NCBI GenBank assembly: GCA_903813345.2
Contig: CAIIXF020000001.1
Coordinates: 10,106,001-10,170,000, forward strand
Direction: 5' to 3'
DNA from: Owenia fusiformis
Taxonomy: Eukaryota
DNA length: 64,000 nucleotides
Shown: in pieces, positions 13,501 to 28,000 of the stretch
Layout: every line of letters begins with the position of its first letter
Numbering within the stretch: position 1 is the first letter of the stretch
The notes under the pieces: model-generated
Told to the model about the DNA's origin: nothing
Databases searched by the model: none
Seen by the model: the letters and a program-made list of their open reading frames with translations, nothing else
Position numbers and translations under genes: made by a program

Positions 13501-16500
13501 GTAATTGAAATACATGAGTTATAATATTATACATTGCAATGATTTAATTTCAAAATGCATTAAGGGTTTTATGCGTTACAAGTGATGTTCAACGAACATG
13601 CTCCTGTATCCCTAGTACAGATAAACAGGTAAAAGTGATTTTTTCGTTGAATGCTATTTTATTTTATGAAAGTATTAATATGGTGATTAATATGTGACCA
13701 CGGCGTGTTTTCTTCCGACCTCTTTAACCACTCGACGTCGGTACGTTACGTTATGTTTAGTTGCACTTTTATGAATTTTAATAATCTTAAGGAGTTCATG
13801 GAGAGATCTTTACTAGCTAATCCAAGATGACTTTATGCTACAGGATGTCCCCATAGGCAGACATATACCAATGTCTCCATGTATGTGTCGTATATCATTT
13901 TAAAGCTCATCCAAAGTTACATTAATTTGCCGAGTATCATGGTTCAACTCACAAATGGAAAAAGTTACAGGAATTTCAAAAGTTAGTGTTTGGACAAAAT
14001 TAAAGTCAGTTTTACACCAAAACAATAGTCGGTGTGTCTCCTTAGCCGCCATGTTAACAGCAGCAATACTTTCCATATATGATCTTAAACTGGCTTCAAA
14101 TAGGGATATGGCGTTTTGTAATCTTCATAAAACCTTTTGAAGGCATAAGAAGAGTTTCCTTGGAGTATCTACCCTAAACGTCATCTTTTTAGAACTCGAT
14201 ATCCATATATTATCTTCGAGAATAGCATCCATATTCACATTCAGGTCAGGGCTGTTTCCAGGATACTGAAATGAACTTTTTGGCACAACGCTATTGAAAT
14301 GCCTGTTACTTTTTACCATTTGAACCATCATATTTGGCAAATCAATGTAACTTTGGATAAGCTTAAATATGATATATGACACATACTATGGAGAAATTGG
14401 TATATGTCTGCCTAGGGGGGAAAGTGCAGAAGTTCAAAAGCCAGGGTTATGGAATACTAAAAAATTATTAGTAACATTGAAATTTAATCATATCAATGAC
14501 AATTTTATTGATTAACGTACAAAATATTAGAGTAAATTTTTCGATATGCCAGCCCTATTATTATAAAAAATTATTACTTTATTATCAAATATGTTCCTTC
14601 TATTACAAGTACATTATAGCATTTCATTCATGTAAAATTAACTGTGAATTGAGATCTGTAAGGCCAATGTGACAACATACATTCGAGTTGACAACATACA
14701 TTATCTGTTTTTCGTAGTAGCATCCAAAGTAAAAAGCGGTTTTGCATTAACTCTGGATGTATATTTGTATACTTATCTTAAGTTGTGTTAGTCGTAGTTT
14801 GGCTGTTATTTGCATAGCAAAACAAAAATTAGAGAGAATTTTGCGAAATTCAGTCAAGATTTAGAGATCCCTGACGTACTGGGTAGATCTATAACAAGAT
14901 ATTGAAGTTGCTGAGGATCATTTGAAATAGATATGCATATTTGCAACTTAATTACAAATCGAATGCAACAACTGCCTGATGATGAACTGACACAATATTG
15001 ATCAAATCAATGCTAGTTCTTACCTCGCTTCCTCATTCTAGAAAATGGCGATATAAAATGGCGGAAATGACATAGTACATCAAAAGTGTACTACGGCATA
15101 TTTTGTCACTGTCACGTGACTGTACCTTGTCGATGGTTAGGCGTGAAGGTGTAATAATGTAAATTCAATAATCAATTTATTGTGATGGGAGTATAACTTC
15201 AAGAGATGTTCTCAGAGACTGAGCCATTTGGGAAGTTCATGTATAATTATCCGTTGCCTAGGACTAAAAGTCGTGCAATATGGGAGAATTTGGCATGTTT
15301 AACAGACAAACATAGTATGCCTCTATAAATTCCTGATTATTTTGGGATTCTTTTTATGTATGGGTTAATCAGCAGAATGATCCAATAACACACAAAAAGT
15401 TCAATCATAAACGAAGATTTCCTCATTTTGCCAATTAGCCCATACGATTGGGGATTCAGCTACATGTACATGAAAAGAATCCTTAAATACTCAGGAATTT
15501 ATCAGGGTATGTTACTTTTGTAAGTTTTTTCTCTGATATTGTAATCATACAGACAAAGTATACAAGGATGCTCGCAGAACTATAGTCCAGGAACCAGACA
15601 ACCCTGCATTCAATACAGGTTTATGGAACTTTTACTCAATAATTCAAATATATTAGAACATGACTACCTCATATACAGATATATTTTCATAGATGTATCA
15701 TCTTGAGGATAATGTATGGAGGTGAATAAATCAAACATATCAAGCTCTTGTTTTAACATGTCCGAAGTCTAAGTTGTATAAAATATGTAAGACAATGAAA
15801 TAAATACATAGAAAATTATACATTTAAACTAAATCTGAAATATTCATGAATGTAACAAAAGTTTTTTACTTACAGAATCCTGACTGCATTGGTGCTACTG
15901 TTCGTATGGTGAAAGTTGAGCCTTTTGGGATTTCTTTTAACATTTTTGCCACCTCAAAATGGCGACAGCCTATTAAACTTTTTTCATTAATTTTTTCAAT
16001 ATGATCTCCTACAGCAATAAAGGGAGTTTTGTCCATAATGCTACCCTCTTTGATGCGTTTAATAAAGGCATATCCTGCACCATTATCTGTGATAGTAAGT
16101 CCTAGTGCATCTTCTGATTTTGTTACATCCAATTCTTTCGGCTGTCCTCGTATATGAGCAAATATGAAATCTTCCAAACCAATTTGACCGCCTAGAAGCC
16201 GCGTCATATCTATCTTGTGTGTGTTAAGTGTACAGAAGAGGATCTGAAAGAAATATCACAATATGTCACTATACAGTTGTGATATGGTAATTAAAACCCA
16301 AAAATGGCAACACATCCACTAACATCAACATACTAAATGTCAAAATCACTCATAAAATGAATTAATTTGAAATTCAGACATTTTACTCTTGTGATAAAAC
16401 ATGTTAACATTGAATGTCATGTTATTTATGATAGAGGACTCATTCAAGTCTGTACTTCCTTGTAATTTAATTGTTTTGATTTATCATTGAATATTTTGTA

Positions 16501-19500
16501 AAAGGTTCTTCGGAGCAATAAAGTGGATATGAGAAATTCAGACAAGAATGAAACATAAAACCTGTCTAATCCAAAAACTACTGGGATCAGGCAAAAGTAT
16601 ACAAATTAGCAAGTGTTCACATTTCAAGATTTTTAAATATGTGGGTTAATGGAAGATATTAAAATTGGGACTAAGAAAAGTGTTCACATTGAGAGGTGTT
16701 CTGATTATATAGGTGTTCAGATATACAGGTTTCACTATACTGTAAATAGTGTGCATCATACGAAATTTTCCCTGATCAAAAATGGAGGTCTCGTTGGTGT
16801 GAATACAATAAAAATATTCCATTCTGCAATATATTATAAAATCTGAAATGCAGGAGTCTTGTAAAAGTTAAAGTAAAAGTTGAAGTTGTGTCTTTGAAAA
16901 CTGGTGCAAAAACAGGTGAATTGTAAAGTTTCAAGGAAAAAGAACGAACATCTTCAGAAAAAATGGGGGGAGAGGATTTGGTCTGAATTGTAAAAACCAT
17001 TTGTCATCATTTTCAATCAATCTAAAATGCTGTTGAATCTATAGATCCTTGTACTTGCAAGCTTGGGATTCAGACCAAGTGTTTACCTATCAAAACGTTA
17101 TCATTACATGGCAGGGGATCGCACCCCCCCCCCCCCCCCTCTGGCTACGCCTATGCATGGTATGTGAACTCATTACAGACCACCCAGCTTATTCTAACAA
17201 ACTGCAGTGCATATAAACTGTCAATACATTATATACAGCATATTCAATATACATGCACAAACAGTAATTAATTCAACAGTTTAATTATTTTTCATCTAAC
17301 ACATCTGTTTCATATATTGTTATAGTATACAGGTACATTAATACCATATTAATGTATACAATGTAGTGATTTATTGTTTTTGGAATACTGTTTGTCTTCT
17401 GCATTTTTATAGATATTAGATAAATAAGGAGAGAGTAAAATGAAGGGGTTGGAGAGGCCCAGGTCTATTGTTACTATTGGTATATGAGTATGATTTATAG
17501 CAAATAAAAACTGATATGGTTCTCAACTTAAAAAAAATCAAAAAAATACAAAACCCAAAAACTGTTTGTTTTATTATATTGACTTCTATAAGAGAATTTT
17601 TTAACAAGTCTACTCTCTTTACATGTGTAAAGTTAGAGGTGCCACAATAAGCTGAAGTATTACCAACCCATCCTCCTAAGCAGGTATCCAGAATCTGTAC
17701 CTCCTTCTTCCCCGCCTGCTATAACCAATTTGGAAGCGCCCGATTAAACTGAATCACGGGATCTTATTATGCGCAATGACTTATACATGATTTCTGTCGC
17801 AGTGTTGCGACAGCCAATCAGATTGCGAGTTCTTAATCTGGGAAATGCTAACTGCTAATCGCAGGGGGTAAAAAGAAAGAATATATTCTGGATTTTGAAG
17901 CCCTGTGATCTGAGGTTGTACCAACCAAAAACAGACCCTTTACCCTAATTGTCTCAGGAGGATTTCTTACATTGAACCTATCCAATATCCTCATTTAGTT
18001 TAATCTATGCCCTATCATAATTACTAATTAGCTGCTATGACAATGATCAGTGATTGTCATGTATCTAGTTTAGAAAATCCTCATACTAATTTGTAAGACT
18101 ATATACTCCGGGGCGGATCTGCGGGAAGCAACAAGGGGAAAAAATTTAGCATTTTCTTCAAAATTTGGCCTAAAATTAAAAATAAGGCCCACTTTTTGGG
18201 GGCCAAAGGCTCTTTTTTCTGGGCCCACACAAGGGGGCTCACCCTGGGCCCCTCCCCCAGATCTGCCAGTGATACTATACTACAATTCACATGGTCGGGT
18301 CAAGAAAATGTGTTGTCAAAATAACTGAATTCCATATAAAAAAAACAAAAAAACTTCTGATTCTAGTAACACCTTGTAAGAGCCTATTCTATTATTTCTT
18401 TTAAATTATTATGATCAAATTTACTAGGCCATTCTTTTAAAGTATTATATGGCTAATAGGAATATATTTTATGGTCAAATGATTCCAAAATAGATGCTTA
18501 TCTAAATATTTATGACTAATATTCTTACATCAATTTGAATTTCCAAAAATTGAACTGGTTTAAAAAGTGAATATGTTCTATAAATCTAACACAGAGAGGC
18601 ACAAATCAGACGTATTACCCTTTGCATTCGTTTGACTTCACTTCTTAAAAGAGAGCTTCGTCTTCTTTAACTAGACTCTGCACGCAGGGTACAGACGTAT
18701 AGGGATGGTGTCTGATTACAAAGAGTTGTGGAAAAACAAAGCTTCAAAATAGTGGTTCAACTCGCTCCCTCTCACCTTATAACTAAAAATCAATTTCAAA
18801 ATCAAAGTCAGCATTTACCCCCTCTCCCGAAATAAACTTAGGGTGGGGTATAATAACATCTGGTTGTGGGTTCAATTCCCACCAGGGTGGAGTGACTTTT
18901 TCACATCAGCCCTTGGCATAGGATTTGACCCAATGATCCCTGTTCTTAGATTAACCAATCTTTCACAGCAGAATACCCAGGTACAGAAGTACAGTAGTAA
19001 GTTGAACTGGTTTAAACTTAGTTAACAGGTTAATGTCATGGTGAAATTACATGAGCAACCTACTATTACTACCTACTGACCATTTTCTGAAGAGTAAAAA
19101 GTGAAATCCAAGGGAGTGAAAATATTGCACTATGGTCCTTTGATTGCTGTTTTAATGTTTAATGGGAAAAAAGGTTTGACCGACTCACAAAAATTGATTC
19201 AAACTATAGGTAAGGGATGGCGTACAATTATCAACAGTTGTGAAATAAAGAAGTTAGTTTCGTTAGAGGGGGTCGGCCGGGGAGGGAGTAAATGATGGTT
19301 TCATTAGCCAACAGTGTCATTGTGATTTTTTTAAATATTCATGTGAAAGACAAACCAACATTTAAAAATTTTGTTAGGTGAGCAGAGGGGGCAAACCATA
19401 ACGAAATCAACTTCTTTTTTCCATGACTGGAGGTACGCTTCTGTAACTGGACACCATCCCAAATCTACAAAGTGAAGGATTGTATGCACAGTGCACACAC

Positions 19501-19954
19501 AAGATCGACCTTGACTACCACTCAACGAATCTATAATGATTAATAAATCAATAGACATTTAGGGTTGATATTGTGCTTTTTACAGATATTCGACACACCT
19601 GAAATAAAACTGAGCATGAATCAAACAGGGAAACAATCAAACAGGAAGTTAATTTACCTCGCTTGGTGAAATGTCATAGCACTGGGCTATTTTCTGGTAC
19701 AATTCCCTCACGTTAGTAAATCCAGATATAATACCAGTGGGACTACCATGAGCCTGTTGACAGTGGAACTTTAATGTGTGTCTCGGTGCAGTAACCTCTT
19801 TCCCAGGGCCCTGAGTTTGTCCCCCTGCCGCCCCATTTGTCCGCTGTGAATCTGTAGCTGGAGTCGAGGGAGGCGCGGACATATTTGGCGGCGGATTGTC
19901 GACTAAAGGAGCGTGAGCCTGCTTCTTCTTGCCGAAGATTGATCCTAAAGGCAT
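7565..19954 (-). CDS. GIPC: GIPC PDZ-domain adaptor protein (GIPC1/kermit-like), complete, 5 exons, 344 aa
   Basis: Exons 19954-19658, 16243-15874, 10867-10767, 8437-8356 and 7749-7565; phases 0,1,0,1; 1035 nt. Contains GH1 ([54 protein letters not shown]), PDZ ([23 protein letters not shown]) and GH2 ([10 protein letters not shown]...[14 protein letters not shown]). Confidence 0.96.
8728..8925. mobile_element. MITE with CAG-type termini and 5-bp TSD
   Basis: CAGGGGCG... and ...ACACCCATG, flanked by ACATG on both sides (8723-8727, 8926-8930). Confidence 0.7.
9680..9875. mobile_element. MITE with CAGTGATC TIR and 5-bp TSD CTAAT
   Basis: TIR CAGTGATC/GATCACTG; TSD at 9675-9679 and 9876-9880. 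An inverted second copy lies at 28795-29001. Confidence 0.85.
11450..11670 (+). mobile_element. 5'-truncated RTE-clade LINE 3' end
   Basis: Encodes [24 protein letters not shown]...W.......R..FRS, the typical C-terminus of RTE reverse transcriptase ORFs. Confidence 0.75.
13021..15145. mobile_element. Non-autonomous TIR DNA transposon with CACG termini and 5-bp TSD (Transib-like signature)
   Basis: ~80-bp near-perfect TIR CACGCCTAACCATCGACAAGGTACAGTCACGTGAC...; TSD AAGGT at 13016-13020 and 15146-15150. Lies in GIPC intron 2. Confidence 0.9.
13848..14420. mobile_element. Nested or inner inverted-repeat element within 13021-15145
   Basis: ~100-bp imperfect inverted repeats CCCC.TAGGCAGACATATACCAAT...GGTTCAA at both ends. 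Confidence 0.7.
18860..19020 (+). mobile_element. Truncated tRNA-derived SINE
   Basis: Box B-like GGTTCAATTCC followed by a CORE-like CCCTTGGCATAGGATTTGACCC segment; box A is missing. Confidence 0.4.
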
Positions 19955-22078
19955 TGTGCTATTTGTTCCTGACTGAATTATATTACAAATGTGCTAAATC
20001 TCTACCAGGATTGGCTGGAATCGCTGCATCTAAAATTAATGTCAATCGTCATCGGCGGCCATACTAGATATGTGACCCTACAGGTATACAGGTGCGAATT
20101 CTCAATTACGAAAATGACGTCACATCCCTTTTTCAATTCACTCTTAAAAATCAGTCTGTAAGTTGATTTTGCACACATCGATACTTAAATCAACTTTTCC
20201 ACATATTATAAAGTTAAATTAAAGCGTAAGTCAAAACAAATCATGTTCAAGAATAAATTGTAACTGATTGATTGGATTTACTTTCAAGTCACATATTACC
20301 TGATGAAACAGGTGTTTTAATTGGCTATTCATTCTGGGTGTACCCCACGACTAATTTCACTACAAATCAATATTTAGAAGAGAAACAATGGAACATCTCT
20401 GTCCAAGTTATCTATTTATAATTACATGTGCTTGTGCACAGTATACATATATCTTGTGTTTCAAGAAAATAGATTGACACACATACATTTTAGTAGGATG
20501 TAATAAATCATTAGTTCAATTAATAATTTTGAACTGTACTTTGGCTATGACTAATCCATCTTCTCGTGGGAGGTTTAAATCATGACTTTATATTTACTTT
20601 AAATGGTTCAAGAATCACCATCAGTTTCTCATTGTGGTAAACCACGCCTTTCCCATCATTCCATGCAACAGAGAGTTGCCAGTTTTTGATCATCGTGACA
20701 AATGACACGATGTGAGTCTCTATATGCTGGTCTTTTAGTGTAACAACAAAAGTGGTTTCATTGAATGAAAAAAGGAAATATAAATCATTATTTTTATTGT
20801 TAATGCTACAAATGACAAACATAAAAAGTATTTTTTATATAAAATTTATTATAAAATAATGGAATGTAAATCCAATACAGTGTTTACATGCATGGTGTGT
20901 ATTAAAACCATTATATGTGGATTATAATGAACGAGCCTGATTTCATGTCACACTATTGAATTAAAAATAACCTTGGTTCTAAAGGTCACATGATATGCCT
21001 ATTGGCTATTGCCTAAAGATGAGAAGCTTTTTCTAATCTTAGAAATTACAATCACTACACTAATGATGTTAAAAATAATTTGGTAAAAGATATATTTTGT
21101 TTTTAAAAAATCAGCTATGTACAAATTATAAAATAATGGCCATTTTATTTCACATTTTATGTTCAGTCAGTTAAAGATCATGAAAATATGTGATTGAAAA
21201 TGTTTCATAAAATCTACATCATACTGTTAACTAATATATAAAGTTGATGGAATGAATCATTGACGGATTACAAGATTAATATCTCATTGACAGTCGCAAT
21301 ATTTGCAAATCATTTGCCAATAATGCCATGCTTTACATGATAATTTCCAAAAATATTTACATACAGGTATTCCTTGTTTATCATACATGTTACTATATAC
21401 TAAATATTTACATTTTTTGCATAATGAAGACAAGTTTTAAAATGTCTAAATACATAAATATACTATATGAAGATTTCAAATTTCTTCTGAGCCAGTAAAA
21501 ACTGGTGTATACTTTAATGAATGATAACAAATCAATTTCCATAAAGCTAGAGGTATTTTCTGGTACTGATTTTTGCCTTTTCTAAAACTGACGTGAACTG
21601 CCTAACATTCCCCAAAAATTATTCATATTCAAGATATTTGGCATTCATTTTACTACTATTCCATTATTGCTTTCAAATGAATGATATACACCCAATCTGC
21701 TATTAAATCAAATGGTCAACCCTGCTGATTATAGTACTATATACCTTCCTTTCCAAAAATTTACTATTTGGAAATGAAGCATATTAAAACTGAACACAGT
21801 CATAACCTGTAATGCTAATTTGACAAGGTGGATGCATGGTATATCAATTAGTAATTTCTTAATTGGAATGTCCTATCCTGTTAATGGAATGTTTTCTTGT
21901 GTAAAGTACAGCACTTTCCCATTATGTTCAGATACTGGTGAGCAATATCACAAGACAGAGAACACAATTCCAATCAAAACCGTTCATTAAAGGGGCAACA
22001 TTGTTTTATAGGTTTCTTGTATTCTCCAATCATCTTCAAATGAAAGGAATGTTAGAGTGACAATCTCTGATACAATGT

Positions 22079-25000
22079 TTATGATAGGTTAAGGTGCACT
22101 ATGACTAAACTTAGTGCTAGAGATATGGTTGTGATGATATTTGCTTGTATGTTCCCTGCTGCTCCTAGAACCCACACAGTCTCTGTCTTCTCCCATGGGT
22201 CACTACCATCATTAAAATACTGTGGACACTCATCAACTGAAATCAAAAATTGTCATTATGTAAGTCTGTACACTTAGTGATATAATCAATTATGTGACAT
22301 GGGGGTCTAAAACACCTTCTCAATTAAGGTGATAAAATCAAAATACTGTATGAGCTGGACACAAATAAAAGATTGATGTGTTCATATTATGAATTTGTGT
22401 ACTTGTAGCCATTATTCAGAACTGACCCATGAATTTACATTTAATAGAATTATATTATGAATTTAAAACAAACAAATGTATTCAACTGGCAGTGAACTAC
22501 TTACACAATCTTTCATTTTCATAAAGTTTTAAATGAAGACTGGCCCCTTCACTGGGAGAGAAGCTCTCAGCTGTTTGCAAGTCGCCACACTGAGCTCTAG
22601 TTGCACGTGAGATAATAAGGTTGCGCCAATCAAGACGCTGGTATACCTGGAAATATAGTAAAAATGTTCCTGTAATGTCTAGATTTGCTTTTTACAATAC
22701 AATACAACATGGTTAAATGTACAAGAAACATTCTGAACAATGTGACACCAACTGATAAGACACAAGATGTCATATACAGTAAACCTGTATAAATGGAACA
22801 CCTTTGGTATATCCAATACAGTGTTCCACTTGCAGTTGCAATTAGAGATTCATTCAACGTGAGACTGAAAAAGGTTCCACTAACAGAGGTGTTCCTCTAT
22901 ACAGGTTTTACATAGCAATACTTAGGGAAGTAGAAATCTCTTTAAGATAAAGACCCCTTGTAATAGTACGTTTAACAGCCCTTTTTATGCAATTTTAGGA
23001 TAAACATAATGTTCAGGGCAAGAGTGTGTACAGAACAAGATATTAGTTTAAAAAACATGGCCAAGCTTGCACAACAAATACAGCAAAGAAATTCATTGTA
23101 TTTACCCAACATCTGTATCTAGTTATGGCATCTTCCTCATCATAAGTGATCAAGTAGGACTTCATATCCTCCATCCAGTAGCCGACACATCTCAGTTCCC
23201 GATCAGGTTCATCTGGATACACAAAATTACATTATATTTGCCATAGAATAAATTACTTGGTCTCTGATTATTTATCAGTACACATGCACTTTTGAAGAAT
23301 AATTGAGGAGGTTCTGACAAGAAGGTGGTATGTCTCCATTTAATTGCAGCTTTGTACACAAAATTAATTTTCTTTGTATCAGACACACGCTGCATGTATA
23401 CTGTACTGCAAAATAACCAGTAGTTAAACCTGTTAATAGCAATAAACTGAGGATGAAAATATGACCCATTCTTACCATATTCTCCAACTGGTCTGCCGGT
23501 GTAGTCCACAGTGGAACAATATTCTGAGTCAACAAAGATGGTCTTGATGTCCTTGCTACACACTTCAAACACACTCTCAGTCTCTCTGCAGTCAATGCGA
23601 TGACGAGGCCTGTCTGTGATACCTCTGATACGAGTGGTGAAGTGTTCCTCTTTGGGACCATGTTGTGTGAACTGGTACCTCCCTGCTATGGGGCACACAA
23701 TGGGGGAAGGAGGGTCCACTGGAAATATCAAAAAAATTTGATGATTAATTTTTTATTACCAAAGTATGTTGGTAAGAAATTCTAATTTCTTCTTACTAAG
23801 AATTGCCAAAGTTTAACTGAAGCAATAACCTTGACTTGCTCATAATAGTATATGTGTTTATAACTAATTTTTATTATCTAACCAGAGTAAATCAAACTAT
23901 TTCACACTTACAGATATAGGTTCTGTATTTCCATTCAACATTGTCCCTGTCAAATGTAAATGAAGACCAGGTACAAGCTTGTCTGAACTTGCGCACCATG
24001 AAGTTAGGTTGGTCCATCTCATCTTTGGTAATACGGAAAGGTTTGCCCATACGGAACCTAATGATATTGTGATGACGAGGGAGGAAGTCAAAGCAGATGA
24101 AATCAACCTCACTGAAAAAGATCACAACATATATCAACACATATTTCAATGTGATGTGATAAATACTATCAAGAATCCAGGACACAATAAGTAAAATTAT
24201 GCTTTAGCAAGACATAGCAGTGAAAAGTATGTTTGAAATTAATTTTTTTCTCTTAAATCAGAACTTGAATGCATTAGGTATAACCAAATTATAATCCAAG
24301 GTGATTTCAACTTTACATGTGGTATTTAAGTATTACGAGTCCTTAGACCTTTATTTCAGATTGCAATAAAAATGGCTGCATGGACACTGTGTCAATAACT
24401 CACTTTTCCACATTCTACTACATCATACTTACCACTTGCCCACAGTTACAGCTGTGGTGAGGAAACGAGAGTCTCTTGTCTGCTGGCAAGTGAAGTAGGT
24501 CTCAATATATGTGAACGCATCAATCTTGGTCTTATAGTAGATATGTGTTGAGTTGATGTACACCTGAGTGTCATATTCCCCAACGGTGAACCACTTCCCT
24601 GTGTAGTTACGGGGCAGGTTACAATGTGGTGTTACCATCTGATCCATTGGCACAACTGGAATTAAGATTGGCCACATGAGCAACAAAGCATTATTACAAT
24701 GAGGTTGTGCTTTTGGAAACACTTTCACTTATCACTTTTAGTAACACCTAAAATAACACTCATATATATAGTGTTCATTTTAAAAGCTTCTAGATTTTAA
24801 AAATACATCAATCTACTTAGGTGGTTCAAAAAGTTTTGCAGTTGATGCCATAACTTCAAGGAAAATAGGACTTTTGCAATGAAACTTGGTACACATATGT
24901 GTTATACATGTATATTTATACATTATATGGTAAAATTTGGGACCTCAATTCTGATTGGTTCTTGAGATATGGTTGCTATGGTAACCACAGTGGTGGGTAC

Positions 25001-28000
25001 CATGTTCAACCCGAAATTACGTTTTTCCAAATAGTTTTCTTGCTTGAATAAACTCTTTGTAAAGTGGCAATTAGCAGGTTAAGTGTCTTTGGATACTTAA
25101 AAAGATAAAAAAAAAGATAAAAGTTCTTATAGAGCAGGACAGACATATTTCATTCGAGGAAATAAGTGATTTTTACTGGATATATCTAAGGGGTCCTGCC
25201 ATACAATTGTCACAAAGATCTTGAAAAAGCGGTATGTTGCAGCAAAGTGGGTTCCAAAGTTCCTCACAGTGGAGCAAAAGGAAGCGCGTCTTGCAGCATC
25301 TAGGCAATTTCTGGATACGTTTTTGCATCATTTCCAAATGCTCCCTGAACCAGTTCATAAGTCTCTTGCAAAGTCTTGCCATTTTGAACCATGCACTGTA
25401 TCAGATTTCTATGCTTCCATTTCACCAATTTGGTTGGTGTGGACACATCTGCCATTTTGGAAATTTTGGAAAAAAAATTCAAAATTTCCTCACTTTTCCA
25501 TCTCAATTTTTCAACTGGGTTTTGGACAGTATACATCACAAAGGAACTTATCGTGTCACTTGTCTATTGTGATGTCATAGACACAATTAGAAAAATTGAA
25601 GAATTTGAAGAAAAATAGCCAACCAAAAAAAGTAAAAGTCTTATTTTCCTTGAAGTTATGGCATCAACTGCAAAACTTTTTGAACCACCTAAGTATACAA
25701 TAAAGTATGTGTTTGATATATGTATGTTCAACAATAAGATACATAGTTAAGACACAAAGTGATAAATATGGCACTCTGAGGAGCAAAATGGCCACCATGT
25801 TATTAACCAAGCATGCCAAAAACTTGAACAGATCTTGGCACTAGTCTGCTCTTGCACCTGTAAATTTTTAACACATACACACAAGTTAAGTGGTTTTCCG
25901 GGAATTTTGCTGACAAGATTTAGGAGACATCTACCCACCTAACCAGATGCATGCATGCCCAGCAGCACATCCACAAATATAGCAATTTTTCAAAGTGTGA
26001 TAAAAATCATATTGTCTTGTAAAGTGCCACTGAACAACTCACCTGGATTAAGTACCAGCCTGAGAGGACCATCGTAAGGACTCTTCAAAGTAGAGCATTC
26101 AGGGGTGTTTGACATGGTATATCTACGCTTGTTGTCAGTACGTTGCTGGTCATCTCGAGTCAACTGAAAATATACAAGAGAAATTTAATCATTGCAATGT
26201 GTATAACAAGACATTTTAACATGCAAAATGTCACCACCTGGCTTGTTACAGATGCTTAACCCCAATCACCAAACACCAACTGCCGAACATTCACAAAAAA
26301 AGTTGGGAGACCACTTTTGGTGGTGACATAAGAACATGGTAGCTAAATGTGAAATTGGAAGCATTTCAACTAATCAAAACCAGAGTCAAAAATCCTATCA
26401 GTTTGTCAAGTATTTCATCTTGATTTGCAGAGATTTTGCGACATGAATCCAAAATGACAACCTTCAGATTTACACCCATTATGCCAGAAAACTAATAATC
26501 AGTCGTAGATTTTCATACCCAGAAACATAACTAAAAATGCACTAACAAAACTGTGAATGGAAGTATACTCACAAAGCATCTAAATCTCTCCCTGATGATT
26601 TCCTGTCCCGTATTTAAAGCTGCAGCAAATACGTTGCCATAGTTATCTCGCCAGCTTCCCATACATTGGAACCGAATTTCTGAAAAATACATATACAATA
26701 TGCATAATTTTGTTTTTGTGTATGTATTTGTGCATATACTTTAAAATGTGAATTGTAAACACCTTTTAGATATCCATCTGAATCAGTTACATAAAAGTAT
26801 AATTTCAATGAAACAGAAAACCCAAAAATGTCATAAACGATAAATTTTGTTGTATTCAAAATTTTAAAAAATATTTTTAAAATAATGAGTGGGGATTCCA
26901 CAAGCTCAAAAGAAGACCCCAAAACATCACTACATCCCAGACCCAAAAATTCATGCAGAAACAAACGTTATGCTTTGAAATGTTACTTCTAGACATTAAC
27001 AAAGGGCAAAAGTACATGTATATTGAAAACAAACTTACGATCAGTTGAGGAAGTACTGACATCAGGACAGTACCCAAACTTCATCAAGAACACTTCATTG
27101 TCCACATAAGGTGAACCAGGCTCCTGACAGGCAACAATTTTACTGGTAGAGCTGTCACAGATACCACCTCCTCCAATGTCTACTTCATATGTAAACTGGA
27201 ACACTCCCTCAAACATAGTTTTGCAGTTTACAGTTAATAATGATTTTCCTGAAAGTAAATGATTCAAATTGATTAAAATGTTTGGGAAAAGGAATGACTG
27301 TTAACTGCTGAACCATTTAATGAGCATAATAAAAAATATTGTAATTTAATTATCAAGGATTATTTTAATGTATGAAGATATGTCCTCCTATGGAAAGCAA
27401 GTGCGAACAATGAAACAATGTATTAGGACAACAATTGAAAGTATAGTAAATAAATCATTTTTTCATAAATCATTAAAAATCAATAAAAGTAATAATGTTC
27501 TGTTTAGTGTAAATGAAGGAATTTCAAGTATTTCTTATGCCTAGTATAGCTAGTCTGTTTGTAAGTTTGTATTTACATCAACTGACATACTTTTGTTATA
27601 TCAGTCTTGTCTTCTTCAAAATTTGATTATTTCTATACATTCGAAAACTTACTGAACATGGTTAACATTGCATTTTGTGGTAGAATATCCCGACAAACAT
27701 CTTCAAGTTTGGCATCAGTACGGGAATCACATGTTGCTGCAATTCAAACAGAAAATCAGTTGAATGAGAGTTGGGACACACATGATGACACAAAAAAGTG
27801 CCATCCACCTCAAATTGAATAACTTTTTTGTCTATATGATTCCTGATTTCTTCTTTTGCACATTTAAACGGACTTCATGGAGCAACTCTTCAAGAAGTCT
27901 CAGATGACAAGATCAATTATGTGGAGTTTTATGATGGTTACAAGATGTGATCTAAATGTCGTCCATTCCATGGCACACTTCTGGATTTTTTATTGGCAGT

